A stretch of DNA of 63,098 nt, counting the filler, from Phoronis australis (Eukaryota; Animalia; Phoronida): NCBI GenBank assembly GCA_002633005.1. It is 4 parts of 4 records of this genome, joined end to end, with 100 filler letters (N's around TTAATTAATTAA, not from the genome) between each part and the next. Parts side by side here need not be neighbours in the genome. Positions count along the whole stretch, not along the records: positions 1 to 25,835 come from NMRA01001340.1; positions 25,936 to 54,576 come from NMRA01001039.1; 2 more parts are not named here. One strand, 5' to 3'. A program made the translations under genes and the position numbers. A model generated the notes under the pieces. That model saw only the letters and a program-made list of their open reading frames with translations. It was not told the DNA's origin and searched no databases. This document shows positions 24,501 to 37,075 of this stretch, in pieces. Positions within the stretch are counted from its first letter, which is position 1; each line of letters opens with the position of its first letter.

Positions 24501-25386
24501 TTTCTTAATTTTCGTACTTCAGGAACATAACAATCACGTGTTTTGTACACACACGCGCACGCCGCAGATCACATCTCGGAAATAGCCGATTTGACAGATG
24601 ACAATGAATGAGCACAATGAAATTAAACAACGTTGTTTTACAGCTTGTAAGATTCATAATAAACGTATTTTCAATATTGCAATGCATGTTTTCCAAAATC
24701 TAAATAACTTGGGTCCTATATTTTTGTATTCGTGCGCGCCGATTGAAAGTAATCGTGAGTGTTGCTGTGTTGCAAAATCTCTTATCCTGGGCTGATTTGA
24801 AAAATTCAAAGTTGTACTCATATTTGTTTTCGCTCCTCTTTTCAAATATTACAGTAAAAACTACGTAAAACTCTCTCCATAAAAAGTACAGTCTGCTAGC
24901 TAGATTGTAATCAACTGATCATATCCGCATGAGCGAAGCCAATTATCCTCGCTCGTGACTCGATGAATAGAGCAGCTTGGCGACATCCCTTTGATCGTGA
25001 GCCGAGCGCGACTCAGCCAAGGTGGATAAATACGGTCTAGTTCAATTTTCCATACCCCACCGTTTACCTTGACGACCGGGGTTAGGACCAATCTTATTTA
25101 GTGGGACTGTTCATAGCTTGTTAGTAATATTCCAATCTAAAATCCAGGGAAACAAAGCTTCAATTACACTCACATTGTATAGTACTCTCTGACCGCAGAA
25201 CGTGTGGAAATGTTATGTAGAGTGGACTAGAAACAATCGGTACATTGATTTTGATATTGTTATTTCTTATTGTTACTTTTTCTTTTAAGGTTGGTGAGAT
25301 GATTTGTAGACAAATGGAGCATTTGTGTGTGAAAACAAACTGTTCCAAGCCATTTGTTCCTGTCGGCAGTTGTTGTGACAAGTGTG
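18567..25386 (+). CDS. AMN: Amnionless-like protein, paralog B (partial: signal exon not located, 3' exons beyond the contig join)
   Basis: Exons 18567-18727 (KQWLPNINLDNSDNWNKKRLPC), 19165-19264 (ILPMTGEVVLG; alternative end 19258), 20334-20566 (SWFNPYNW...TERIPCQYDTAFFP), 22472-22630 (FRSFLQSSSG...CNDVTGCKCGN), 25290-25386 (C...PFVPVGSCCDKC). Exon boundaries and phases match paralog A (e.g. 100-nt and 159-nt exons). Confidence 0.88.
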
Positions 25387-25835
25387 GTGAGTAGACAGGA
25401 CTGAAGGTTGGGGAAGATCCAGAGGTATTCATAGGAGTACAAACCACCTCTGGCCGGTCACTTTACGCAGGAATCTTAAGCCCCTTACATGATTCTAAGA
25501 TACACCTGATAAAGATTCTCACTAAGCAAATCTTATGCTAACACGCAAGTGGATGAGAAACCGTGCACTGTTCATCCTAGAGTATCCCGCGAATTCCAAA
25601 TACATGTAGATTATTTTGTTATTTTTACTGATGAATTTATTGTAACCTATCATTACATCATAAATATAAATAATCTGTAAATTATTTTTCACATTACAAA
25701 TTCTAGTTTTGTCTGATACCCAGAGTAGACAGTAGTAGATGACCAAAGTTTTTAGTTGCATATACTCAGGACAATAACTTATTGAACAGGGCACAATCAC
25801 AAGATGTTTCAAATGCTGTTTCAACACCCAGAATG

Positions 25836-25935
25836 NNNNNNNNNNNNNNNNNNNNNNNNNNNNNNNNNNNNNNNNNNNNTTAATTAATTAANNNNNNNNN
25901 NNNNNNNNNNNNNNNNNNNNNNNNNNNNNNNNNNN
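25836..25935. other. Artificial 100-bp scaffold spacer (N-run/TTAATTAATTAA/N-run)
   Basis: Identical 100-bp structure at 54577-54676 and 59209-59308; the 12-mer has stops in all six frames. Confidence 0.92.
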
Positions 25936-27094
25936 GGATTTTGGTCGCGAAACGAAATGTGTCGATTTCACCCTCAATAATCGACACATTTTAAAATGCG
26001 CGTTTTCACTATACCCTATATCGTGCCACTGTTGAGCTAATAGACAATTGCCCCTTAGCGAGTAGCTAACAGAGGCTCATATAATTCACCGCAAGCACAT
26101 CTACAACATTCCCCCCTTCCCTACGGAACGGGCACGCGACCAGGAAGGTGAACACCAGGATGTCTCGCATACAGGTCATCAACGTCCCTTGGTACCTTTA
26201 CCACCACAACACAGGTGAACACAAGGTAGTCTCTCATAGAGGTCCTTGAGCACTGGAACCTTCCACGCGCGCCGTCCCGAGGTCCGTGGGTACTAGTTGG
26301 CAGTGCTTCATTGGTAGATCGTCAGGAAGCACATCTACAACAAAAATACTACGGATTGTTGTAAATTCTTTGCTGATGTAAAGACTTACCTTTACGGAAT
26401 TGTTCTGTTACTATATCTGGTCATTTATGTTCTGACTGATCTTTAAAAAACACAAATAGCAACCCTTCGGAGAACCTAAATATCGAACACCATGTTTCCC
26501 CATACGCCCCACCACGGAAATCTGACTAACCTCGTAATGGCCGCAGGCACCTTGCAGCCAAATCTAAGCTCGAGCTTTTTGACATATATGCTGCTAGAAC
26601 ACTGGTCCATTCGCAACAAAATTATCCATAAAATGAAATCTGATGACAGCGCCAAGTCTTTTCAATGAATCAGTGCAGACGACTAAAGCACATGCAAACT
26701 CACTGCAGTTTTTAGTATCTCGTTGGATTCTTGATATATGACACCCGGACGTGCGTGGTTGGGGTTTCGCGTGAATTCAAAAGTAAATGAAAAACTGGAA
26801 CAATGACATATTGTCAGTTCATTGAGATGGCGTCTTTGTGGAAAAAGATTTTGTTTCAACTTTTATAACCGATTTATGCAATCGTCCATTTTAGGCCGAC
26901 TTGGGGGTCTAAATTGCACCCTCTCTCGGTGAAATCAAAACAAGACAACGCTGTAAATTACGAGACGGTGTCGGACATGGAATGCATTACAGCAGAACAA
27001 AAATTGGTGTAATTTAATTCTCAAATTATGCTTCAAGTAAGATTTTATGAAATGTCCGATATTTAGGGTCCATCCGATAATTAGGTACACTATG

Positions 27095-27760
27095 TGTATT
27101 GGACAAAAAATGTCCACATATAATGGACTCGTATTAACTATAATGCATACTGTTGTATTGGACAAAAATGTCCACATATAATGGACTGATATTTGCTATA
27201 ATGTTTACTGGTCTGTTCAACAAAAATGTCCAGATATAACAGATTGCTATTAGTTATAATGCTTATTGTTTTATTGGACAAAAAATGTACACATATAATG
27301 GAATCGTATTAACTATAATTCTTATTGTTGTATTGGACAAAAATCTGTGAATATAACAGACTGATATTAACTACAATGTTTACTGTTGTATTGGACAAGA
27401 ATGTCCACATATAATGGACTAATATTTGCTATAATGTTTACTGGTCTGTTCAACAAAAATGTCCACATAAAACAGACTAATATTACCTATAATTTTTACT
27501 GTTTTATTGGACTAAAAATGTCCACTTATAATGGACTGGTATTAACTATAATGCTTACTATTGTATTGGAAAAAATGTCTGAATATAGCAGACTGATATT
27601 AACTAAAATGTTTACTGTTGTATTGAACAAAAATGTTCACATATAATCAGTCTGGTATTATATACATAAACATTTTGGTGAACATAAAATGTCTGCATGT
27701 AGCAGACTGATATGAAGAAAAATGTTTTATGTTGTATTGAACAAAAATGTCAACATACAA
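27095..27760 (+). repeat. ~58-59-bp tandem array, left (TATTGGACAAAAAATGTCCACATATAATGGACT...)
   Basis: About 11 diverged copies; the unit is homologous to the reverse complement of the 49.9-53.9 kb array. Confidence 0.9.
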
Positions 27761-27950
27761 TTCATGGTTATAAAAGTCTGATGTATGCTAAACATTATTG
27801 TCTTGCACTCAAACTTTATGAAGTTGAAATCATACCAAATAACTGAACAAGTATTTGCATCTACTTAAAATCTTTTTTCAGATAAAGCCAGCCAGTCTCA
27901 AGAAATCACTTGACAGGCAATGGGCCCAGCTTGTTGGGCGGGTACGTATA

Positions 27951-28468
27951 CATAGGCGGATTTTGGGGGTTTCTCACACGCGGAACTTTTTGCCCACTTC
28001 GAGCCCCCTGAGCCCCCCCTGGGTGCACACATGTAATAAACATTACAAAAAGAAGGTTTCGCACGCAAACACTGTTGACCATGAACAAGTAGGTCTCTTA
28101 GAATCAAATTAGGAGTTAAATCGTGGTGGTGCAGTGGTAAATCAGGCTCTCTCCACTAGGTATTGAGTTCGAGTCTGTGGTACTTGCAGTTTTTCCTGGT
28201 TGACACCTTCTTCTTTTTTTGCCTTTTTTTTCTTGGATAATACTTCGGAAATCAAGGAAAATACTTGATTTTTAGAGGAAAAAACAGGAAAATTTCCTGG
28301 GTAAACCCCCCCCTCCTGACCTACCCCCATTCGGTGCTATGCGCATCTACAATTGTGCTTTGAGCAAATGTTTACAGAAAAAATGTTGGGCCCCCCTTGT
28401 GATATCCTAGATCCGCCACACCGGAAAAAATGTTGGGCCCCCCTTATGATATCCTAGATCCGCCACTG
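27951..28468. mobile_element. Non-autonomous DNA element (CATAGGCGGAT...ATCCGCCACTG) with an internal tRNA-like A/B-box segment
   Basis: Inverted homolog of 9018-9492. Duplicated right end at ~28378-28468. GGTGCAGTGGTAA and GAGTTCGAGTC boxes at ~28127-28175. Confidence 0.7.
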
Positions 28469-30109
28469 TTCTAAGAACGTATTGTCATGAAGTTTAAATG
28501 ACTTTGGCTGACAGGGCCGTAACACCAGGGAGGCGCCATCAGTGAGTTCATGTTGCCTCTCACGTGGTCTCTGTTTGAGTATTAAATCCGCCCATTCCGT
28601 CACCATGGAGAACGTCGTCAAAGTTTTTGGCACTCACATAAACTCAAAGAGTCTACCATCACCTCCGTATGGTATAATTTCTGGTTGCCAAATCCCGTGC
28701 CAGTTAATTTTAACCATTGTGTTTAAAACTAGGTCAGTGTCACGCGGTCGTACCACAACGGGTCACGGGTATGGTACCCGGGATACGGTACATGTAACCA
28801 AATGGTACAATACACAAAACGTGATACAAGAAGGTACTGTATAGGCTGGTGTGTTGTTTTTCTTGCTTTTTAGTACTCAATTAATTTTTGCTTTCAGGAA
28901 AATGCCATCGCCGTCGTCGTGGACATAGGAAGATGTGCGCAACTGTCTCAAAGCTATTGATGAATGGTTGGGATTTAACACTGCTTCAAATTAAGCTATT
29001 TGGTATGAAAAAGTGTGCAAGACGTGATACCAAATGACGTGGAAGTCCCACAGTTGTTTTGTCTATAGAAGTACANNNNNNNNNNNNNNNNNNNNNNNNN
29101 NNNNNNNNNNNNNNNNNNNNNNNNNNNNNNNNNNNNNNNNNNNNNNNNNNNNNNNNNNNNNNNNNNNNNNNNNNNNNNNNNNNNNNNNNNNNNNNNNNNN
29201 NNNNNNNNNNNNNNNTCTTTTTGTTACAGGTCCACCTCACTTGAAGTCCTTTTGCCGACAGGTTGGGGAAAATTTTGCTCAGCATCATTATTCCGACCTG
29301 TTGGGAACCTTTCTGGGTCTGAAGCAGTGAGTGAGTAATATTAGCTGTTTTTAATGATATTTATTGATAGTCAAATTGTAACCAGTTAATAATATTGATT
29401 TAATTCATTGTGTTTGTTGTTTTTAAGTTCCCAATGAACCTCTGGTACTACCCAGTCCAGATCCTGAGGATTACTCGTGGGATTTATTGGCCATGACAAT
29501 CCAATTGATGCTGAAAAAAGAAGGTGTCAGTGGTCAGTATATTTTTTAGTTTAGAGGAGCACTTTGGCTGTTCCTTTGCTGTCAATGTAGGCTTTTTAAA
29601 CCAAACCACTGAGTTGGTTTTTTGAGAACATAGCCATGCAATTAACTCTGAAGTGCTTTTTGATCTGAGCTGTTGATTATGGAAATAGAGTCCTGTCATG
29701 GAATGGGTACAATGAGACTGGCTGAATGCATTTTACATTTTTTAAAAGCAACACATTTATGAAATGCAGTTTTAAAGGCGAAGGCAACCTTTTTCCATGT
29801 CATTTTGAGCTAAAATAAGGTTGGTTGGTTATCCTAGACATATTTTCCACTTAATTACAGCTTTTCGTAATTTTATAAATTACTCGTCCGCTACTCCGGA
29901 AGTGACGTTTTAGGAGGCAAGCGTTTCCCGCCACTTGGTTTTGCGTTGACTTTACCTTGCGAATCTGTTCTATTCTACTTTTGTTTTGTGCTGTTTTTCA
30001 ACAATTGTCGCCACCACTTTCCATCGGCGAGTATTCTGCGGCAAGATAGGTTATTAGAGAACTCAACTACGTTGGATTTAGGGATTGTTTAGTGTGTTGT
30101 AAGCTGAAA

Positions 30110-30382
30110 ATGGCTGGAGTCGGTGATCCGTATCACAGTGACAGTAGAGTGAGTGACGGAGACCTTGTTCACAGCAGTGGTGACGAAGAATTTTTTCACG
30201 GACATTCAGTGGGTGGGTACATGTTTGAGCCCGAGTATAACGAGGCAGAGTACGCACAGGCACAGGCAGCTGTTGAGAGAAACGAGGCGGCTACTGAGGA
30301 CAGACGTGGTGACACATCTTGGTGCAAATGCACTGTGTGCGTTGTTATGCCTACCTCAATGGAATGCTTGTGCTGTTCAGAG
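30110..30382 (+). CDS. 5' part of a KolX / P2X7 cytoplasmic ballast-like Cys-rich protein of the Kolobok element
   Basis: MAGVGDP...GYMFEPEY...RRGDTSWCKCTVCVVMPTSMECLCCSE. The Y-x-F-E-P and W-C-x-C-x-x-C-x-x-M-P-T-x-x-E-C-x-C-C motifs are typical of P2X7-ballast-like proteins. The ORF runs into a gap. Confidence 0.75.
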
Positions 30383-30654
30383 NNNNNNNNNNNNNNNNNN
30401 NNNNNNNNNNNNNNNNNNNNNNNNNNNNNNNNNNNNNNNNNNNNNNNNNNNNNNNNNNNNNNNNNNNNNNNNNNNNNNNNNNNNNNNNNNNNNNNNNNNN
30501 NNNNNNNNNNNNNNNNNNNNNNNNNNNNNNNNNNNNNNNNNNNNNNNNNNNNNNNNNNNNNNNNNNNNNNNNNNNNNNNNNNNNNNNNNNNNNNNNNNNN
30601 NNNNNNNNNNNNNNNNNNNNNNNNNNNNNNNNNNNNNNNNNNNNNNNNNNNNNN

Positions 30655-30816
30655 NACTGCTTTGTACGTTGCGTGGACGGGTAACGCTGCGTTCTTCACA
30701 CGAACGAGCCAAGTATGGCGAAGTGTGTCATCCATCGGAAAGCGATGCAAAGGTACTCCCAAAGCGCGCGTGAGCCGATAATTAGTACATCCTGGTACGC
30801 AGCAACAGTGTGGCAT
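30655..30816 (-). CDS. N-terminal THAP zinc-finger domain of the Kolobok transposase (rest in the gap or deleted)
   Basis: MPHCCCVPGCTN...GVPLHRFPMDDTLRHTWLVRVKN fits the THAP pattern C-x-V-P-x-C...F-P...W. Confidence 0.8.
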
Positions 30817-33800
30817 GTTGACTGACTAGTAAATGAAAGCAAACGACGACGGAACTTAACACAACCGAGGTAGAACAATGACTGACTCGGCAGCTCTCAC
30901 AGTCAGACTATATGAAAAGAAATTGGCGCGAAATGCTTGCCTCCTAAAACGTCACTTCCGGAGTAGCGGACGAGTAATTAATAAAATTACGAAAAGCTGT
31001 AATTAAGTGGAAAATATGTCTAGGATAACCAACCAACCTTATTATAGCTCAAAATGACATGGAAAAAGGTTGCCTTCGCCTTTAACAAATCCACACGTGT
31101 GATTTTAGGTAGGATTTGAAGTATAGATGATTCTTGACTAGCAAATGAACTACATGAGACCATTTTCAGATAAAGCATAACACATGAGAAACTCAGAAAA
31201 CTCATTAATCTCTGCTTTTACTCTGTTTTTTGTAACAAATTTGAAGTGTACGAAAGCATCGTGAAAGAGGATTTCTGAAGAGTTGTTTAATTTAATTTTG
31301 AATTGCAATGGGCGTATGGAAACAATAAATGTAAAACGAGTCATTCATTATCCCTTAAAGGAAGGAATGCTTATCAGCCAAGAAACCAACCTCACTGGTG
31401 GCCTGCTGATGTGCCATTCAGCTCACCCAATAGTGGTAGAAGAAGTAAGTTATTATTGACTTCATTTCAACATTTTTGTCGACTTTTGTATCAGTGCATT
31501 GCTTAGCTTCAAAAACATTTATATGAAAGGAGTTTGAAAATTGAACATCTATCCACATTTACTGGTTCAGGTTATCTAAGACCTTGTGCAAAAATGCTGT
31601 GTTATCATCTTAAGTTTGCATTTTAGTAGTCGTCATGCAACTAAAAGCCACTGTTGTGGCATTTCTGGGTGCTACGGTGGTCATTTTATCCTCGATCAGC
31701 TCCTACCCAAACATTGTTTGAGTATGCATTATAGTCTGGCCTTGCTAGTTTTTGCCAAACAATTCCTGTGCTCATCTTTTCTGCTGCGGTAGTGCTTTGA
31801 TTGGCAACGTTCAGGCGGCTTGGTATTTTTACCAATATATGACTGCATTACCTTAAATTTAGTCATGGATCATGTCTGATAGCATGGTCATTACTAATTT
31901 TTACAGGTCAAAATCTTTGGAAATAAGGAAACTGTTTTTTGTTTAGATACCCTGCGTATTAAATTTAAAATTTTCTGTAGTTCTAGGGTGTTAAGAAAAG
32001 GTTTTTAAAACTGATTATGTTGCTTTGTGTTCTGACTTACTGGTATAACCCTTTTCCGTTATGATTATGCGAAAGTGATTGACTTATTTTTCAGGAGCAC
32101 TCATCGCCTTTCCACCACGTTTCCAGTTTCTAAGTCANTAGTCTGGCCTTGCTAGTTTTTGCCAAACAATTCCTGTGCTCATCTTTTCTCCTGCGGTAGT
32201 GCTTTGATTGGCAACACTCAGGCGGCTTGGTATTTTTACCAATATATGACTGCATTACCTTAAATTTAGTCATGGATTATGTCTGATAGCATGATCATTA
32301 CTAATTTTTACAGGTCAAAATCTTTGGAAATAAGGAAACTGTTTTTTGTTTAGATACCCTGTGTATTAAATTTAGAATTTTCTGTAGTTCTAGGGTATTA
32401 AGAAAAGGTTTTAAAACTGATTATGTTGCTTTGTGTTCTGACTTACTGGTATAACCCTTTTCCGTTATGATTATGCGAAAGTGATTGACTTATTTTTCAG
32501 GAGCTCTCATCGCCTTTCCACCACGTTTCCAGTTTCTAAGTCATCGTTATGGGTGTTATGTATCTCGCTCATTTGTCATCAGATAAGTCTCTTGTCTTCT
32601 TAAAGCTGTGTTATTTTCTAACTTAAAAGGCTTACTTGAATGATAAAAACTAAAACCTGATGTATGTAACGACTTTGTTTGACCCTTGTTCACCAATGTT
32701 GGCAGATATAGGTAGCTTGATACTAAAGCTAAATCACTACACTATTTGCATGAAAAGTACAAGTAGGCTATGAATTTCCTTGTTGCTTTCCAAGCTATTT
32801 TCATCTTCAGCTGGAATAAAGAGAAGTGCATGGGCTTATGAGCATTGTGTAGAATGTAGAATTGTCGATTGCATGACTTTTTATCTGTTATAAGGTACGT
32901 TTCTGTAAAGTAATTCATGATTTTCATAGCATTAAAATATTTTACTTAAATGTGTTGATATGCTAATTGAGTGATATCAGGTGTAGCACCAAAATAAAAC
33001 ATTCCAAGAGTCAACAGTTTTACATGTCATGGAAGAGTTTCCACAATCCAGGTTTTTTATACAATAGTATAAACAATAATAAATTTCACAAGATTTGAGT
33101 TGTTAACAGTACGAGATAAAATATATNTATAAGGTACGTTTCTGTAAAGTAATTCATGATTTTCATAGCATTAAAATATTTTACTTAAATGTGTTATGCT
33201 AATCGAGTGATATCAGGTGTACCACCGAAATAAAACATTCCAAGAGTCAACAGCTTTACATGTCATGGAAGAGTTTCCACAATCCTGGTTTTTTATACAA
33301 TAGTATAAACAATAATAAATTTCACAAGATTTGAGTTGTTAACAGAACGAGATAAAATATATGGGGATGAAGGTGGAGCCATCACCTAATAAAATCAACT
33401 CAAAATAATTCTTGTAGCTTAAAAGTTCTTCACCACAAAACCTGTCTCATAAGTGCCTTGTCTGCGGCAGTTAACCCCATGATAATCAGGATCGAGGGCA
33501 GCACTGACAAGTGATACTGTAAACACGACACCCATTAGTACATTTGTGAGTGAAGGTACAATGTATTGAATAATGTGTGGATTTCCTTTATCAGATGTTT
33601 ATGTGATTTTTATTTTTTAACTAGCAGTTTACAGTTTCTTGTTATGTCCAATATTTCTAAGCTAAGATGACAGATTTGCTGTAAATGATTAAAATGGACG
33701 TTTCGAAAAGGCACAACCCTTTCGGTCTTAGAAGATTTTAAATTAATTTAAGGGCCTTATTGACAAGTCTGCATTAAACCAAACTTCTGGATATTTTTAC

Positions 33801-35624
33801 AGTCTCATTTAACCTGAGGCTCCGCTTGCAGTAAATTACTATCGTAATAATGCTAATTTATTGTTTCTTTGGTATAATTGATTAATAATATTTTTACAAT
33901 ACTTTTCAGGTCTCGACCGGAATTGCCCATTAATGAAGTTGAAATGGGCAATTTTGACTTAGGATTTCACCTGTCAGACGATGAGGATCCCGAGGGAGAG
34001 ATTCCTCAGGATGAGGATTCTGATGGAGAGGTTCCTCAGGAAGAAGGTCCTCGTGAAGAGAGTCACCTGGAAAAGAATCTCTTGGGAGAGGGTCCTCTGG
34101 AAGAGGATCTCCTGGAAGAGAGTCCCCTTGAAGAGGATCCTCTGGGAGAGGGTCCTCTGGAAGAGGATCCCCTGGTTTCCCAGTGCNTCCTCAGGAAGAA
34201 GGTCCTCGTGAAGAGAGTCACCTGGAAAAGAATCTCTTGGGAGAGGGTCCTCTGGAAGAGGATCTCCTGGAAGAGAGTCCCCTTGAAGAGGATCCTTTGG
34301 GAGAGGGTCCTCTGGAAGAGGATCCCCTGGTTTCCCAGTGCAGAATGACTTGACACTATACCCACTTTCTTTTGACTCGTACTGTATCGTATGCCTCTAA
34401 TACTTTTCTTATTTGTCCGATATTAATTATAAACAGATTTACTTATATTTTGAAAGGGATGCACAGCATGATAAAGGCATACTATTGATACTCTGGAAGG
34501 AACTATTGAAAAACGCAAACAAAATGTTTATTATGTCATCAAAAATCTTGCACGTAGTGTGTCATTTGTAAGTGATGGCAATCAAATTTTTGACATCATG
34601 CCACTAAACGCACATGTGTACAGTGGAGATTATGTGAACATTCTCAGCTACTCTATCACAAGACTATTGCAGTGGTTTCAGGAGATTGTGTGAAAAGGTT
34701 ACAATAGTTATGACACGTCATTTCCAGCCGAAATTGAGAGGAAAAGTGTGTTACCAGAATCGATTGACATTGCATGAAACATTTGTTTGTCTGGATTCTT
34801 TTTGGGTGTTCTCCATATTGACTTCATGCTAACTCTTTCAGGTTCTCCACTATCATAATATTTGAAATAATTGATAGATGTCTCGGCACTCTGATGGACA
34901 ATGTGGGTGCATGTCAATGTTTTCTATTGCTCTTGCTACAAATTTGTTAAAGCATTTCTGTCTGAACTTGAGCAGTAAGTTTTTTAGTTTCATGATGCTT
35001 AGTGTTCTGGCTAAGTCAATGAATGTTTTTGTGATAGAAGATGAGTTTATAGGAGATTTAAAAGCCGTTGTGTAATACTATGATTCTTTACCCAAGCTGT
35101 GTAATCTGGATGTCTTCATAAGCGCTTTGTTTCATGTATTTTACTAACCAGTAATAACTAGATCTTAATGTCACTCACCAGAATAACATAGTACCATCTA
35201 TGATTACCCACAGAGCCATGTGTGATTAGGGCAGTCGTCCAACTGTTAATTGTACTGCTTTAAATTGTGAACCCATTACTGGCAAGACTATATTAAAAAC
35301 AGTTTTGATATGAAAGATTTGGTTTGCTTTTTCTGTCTTGTGAAAATGGTCTTGGGGACAAAGTAGGTGTGTTATGGGCGGCGCGCACTGACAAAAGTGG
35401 GCGGGCTAAAGCCCCCCCCCAGCCCCCTATGGTGCACCGCCCATGTGTGTGCTAATTTTATTTTATTTTGATTGCACCAGACACATGTACTCTTGCTTGC
35501 TTACAAATAAGACTTCATAGCGGAACAGCATACTTTGAAAATTTCATTTCATCAGGTAAAAAATACCTGGATTTTTTAAACTTCCCTTTCTACTACGCTA
35601 TGAATACAACATCCCTTGCAACAG

Positions 35625-37075
35625 ATTAATCTGAATATCAATATTTGTTGTTATACTGAACAAAAATGCCTGCTTAAATCAGATTGATCTAAAGGTCAAT
35701 GCTTACTATTATACAGGACAAAATTTTGTCAAAACAGACTGATCTGAAAATTGATGTTGTACTGAAAAAAAATGTCCATTCACATCAGATAAACTCAAAT
35801 ATNGGATTTTTTAAACTTCCCTTTCTACTACGCTATGAAGACATCTCTTGCAACAGATTAATCTGAATATCAATATTTGTCGTTATACTGAACAAAAATG
35901 CCTGCTTAAATCAGATTGATCTAAAGGTCAATGCTTACTATTATACAGGACAAAATTATGTCAAAACAGACTGATCTGAAAATTGATGAACTGAAAAAAA
36001 TGTCCATTCACATCAGATAAACTCAAATATTACTGTTTGCCGTTATACTTAATAAAAAATTCAACTTACAACAGAGTGATCTAAAAATTAATTGTTACCG
36101 TTATTTGGACAAATCATGTCCACTTGCAACAGAATGATCTTATGATTACTTTTTTATTCATTTTCAAGACAAAAATGCCCACTTCTAAAGATTAATGTTA
36201 ATCATTATGCTGGACACAAAATGTTCACTTAAAACAGATGGATTTAAAGATTAACGTTTACCGTTATAGTGGACAAAAATGTCCACTTAAAACAGATTGA
36301 TCTAAAGACCAATGTTTACCGTTATACGGGATAAAAAATCTCAACTAGGTAAACAAACTGATCTGAAAATTAATGTTTAAAGATTAACGTTTACCGTTAT
36401 AGTGGGAAAAATGTCCACTTAAAACAGATTGATCTACTAAAGACCAATGTTTACCGTTATACGGGATTAAATTCTCAACTTGGTAAACAAACTGATCTGA
36501 AAATTAATATTTGCCGTTATACTGTATAAAAATGGCCATACAAATAGATAAACTTAATGATTAACGTTTACCGTTATAATGGAAAAAAAATGTCCACTTA
36601 AACCAGATTGACCTAAAGACCAATGTTTACCGTTATACGGGATAAAAAATCTCAACTAGGTAAACAAACTGATCTGAAAATTAATATTTGCCGTTATACT
36701 GTATAAAAATGGCCATACAAATAGATAAACTTAAAGATTAACGTTTACCGTTATAGTGGACAAAAAATGTCCACTTAAACCAGATTGACCTAAAGACCAA
36801 TGTTTACCGTTATACGGGATAAAAAATCTCAACTAGGAAAACAAACTGATCTGAAAATTAATATTTGCCGTTATACTGTATAAAAATGGCCATACAAATA
36901 GATAAACTTAAAAATTAACGTTTACCGTTATAGTGGACAAAAAATGTCCACTTAAACCAGATTGACCTAAAGACCAATGTTTACCGTTATACGGGATAAA
37001 AAATCTCAACTAGGTAAACAAACTGATCTGAAAATTATTGCCTGTACAAACAATATCCACTTGCAACACATTATT
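35625..37075 (+). repeat. ~59-bp tandem array, middle, with a ~177-bp three-unit higher-order period
   Basis: Unit TAGTGGACAAAAAATGTCCACTTAAACCAGATTGACCTAAAGACCAATGTTTACCGTTA; same family and orientation as 27095-27760. Confidence 0.9.

Larger units (their letters stand above)
29776..31081. mobile_element. Kolobok-type DNA transposon with ~158-bp TIRs and TTAA target-site duplication
   Basis: TTAA|AGGCGAAGGCAACC...GGTTGCCTTCGCCT|TTAA. TIRs at 29776-~29933 and ~30924-31081 are nearly identical. Two convergent ORFs lie inside; the centre is an N gap (30383-30654). Confidence 0.88.
29230..34348 (+). pseudogene. Divergent, probably decayed multi-exon gene with an NRF1/EWG-like DNA-binding region and an acidic C-terminal repeat
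   Basis: Exon-like segments 29230-~29326 (GPPHLKSFCRQVGENFAQHHYSDLL), ~29428-29523 (PLVLPSPDPEDYSWDLLAMTIQLMLKKK), ~31341-31444 (GRNAYQPRNQPHWWPADVPFSSPN) and 33911-34186 (acidic GPLEEDPL repeats). Resembles the NRF1 stretch LPPL...V.KMTQAQLR.FIP.MLK...GRGKPGWG....KP.WWP.D.PW. Not all splice phases reconcile. Confidence 0.45.

Noticed and set aside
25836-25935. TTAATTAATTAA palindrome as a biological site, and a transposon interrupting AMN paralog B
   Set aside because: It is an artificial linker in a fixed 100-bp gap, so adjacency across it is unproven and B's truncation cannot be called biological.
28903-29075. Pipsqueak-type HTH or first exon (MPSPSSWT*EDVRNCLKAIDE)
   Set aside because: Contains stops and runs into a gap; similarity is too weak to call.
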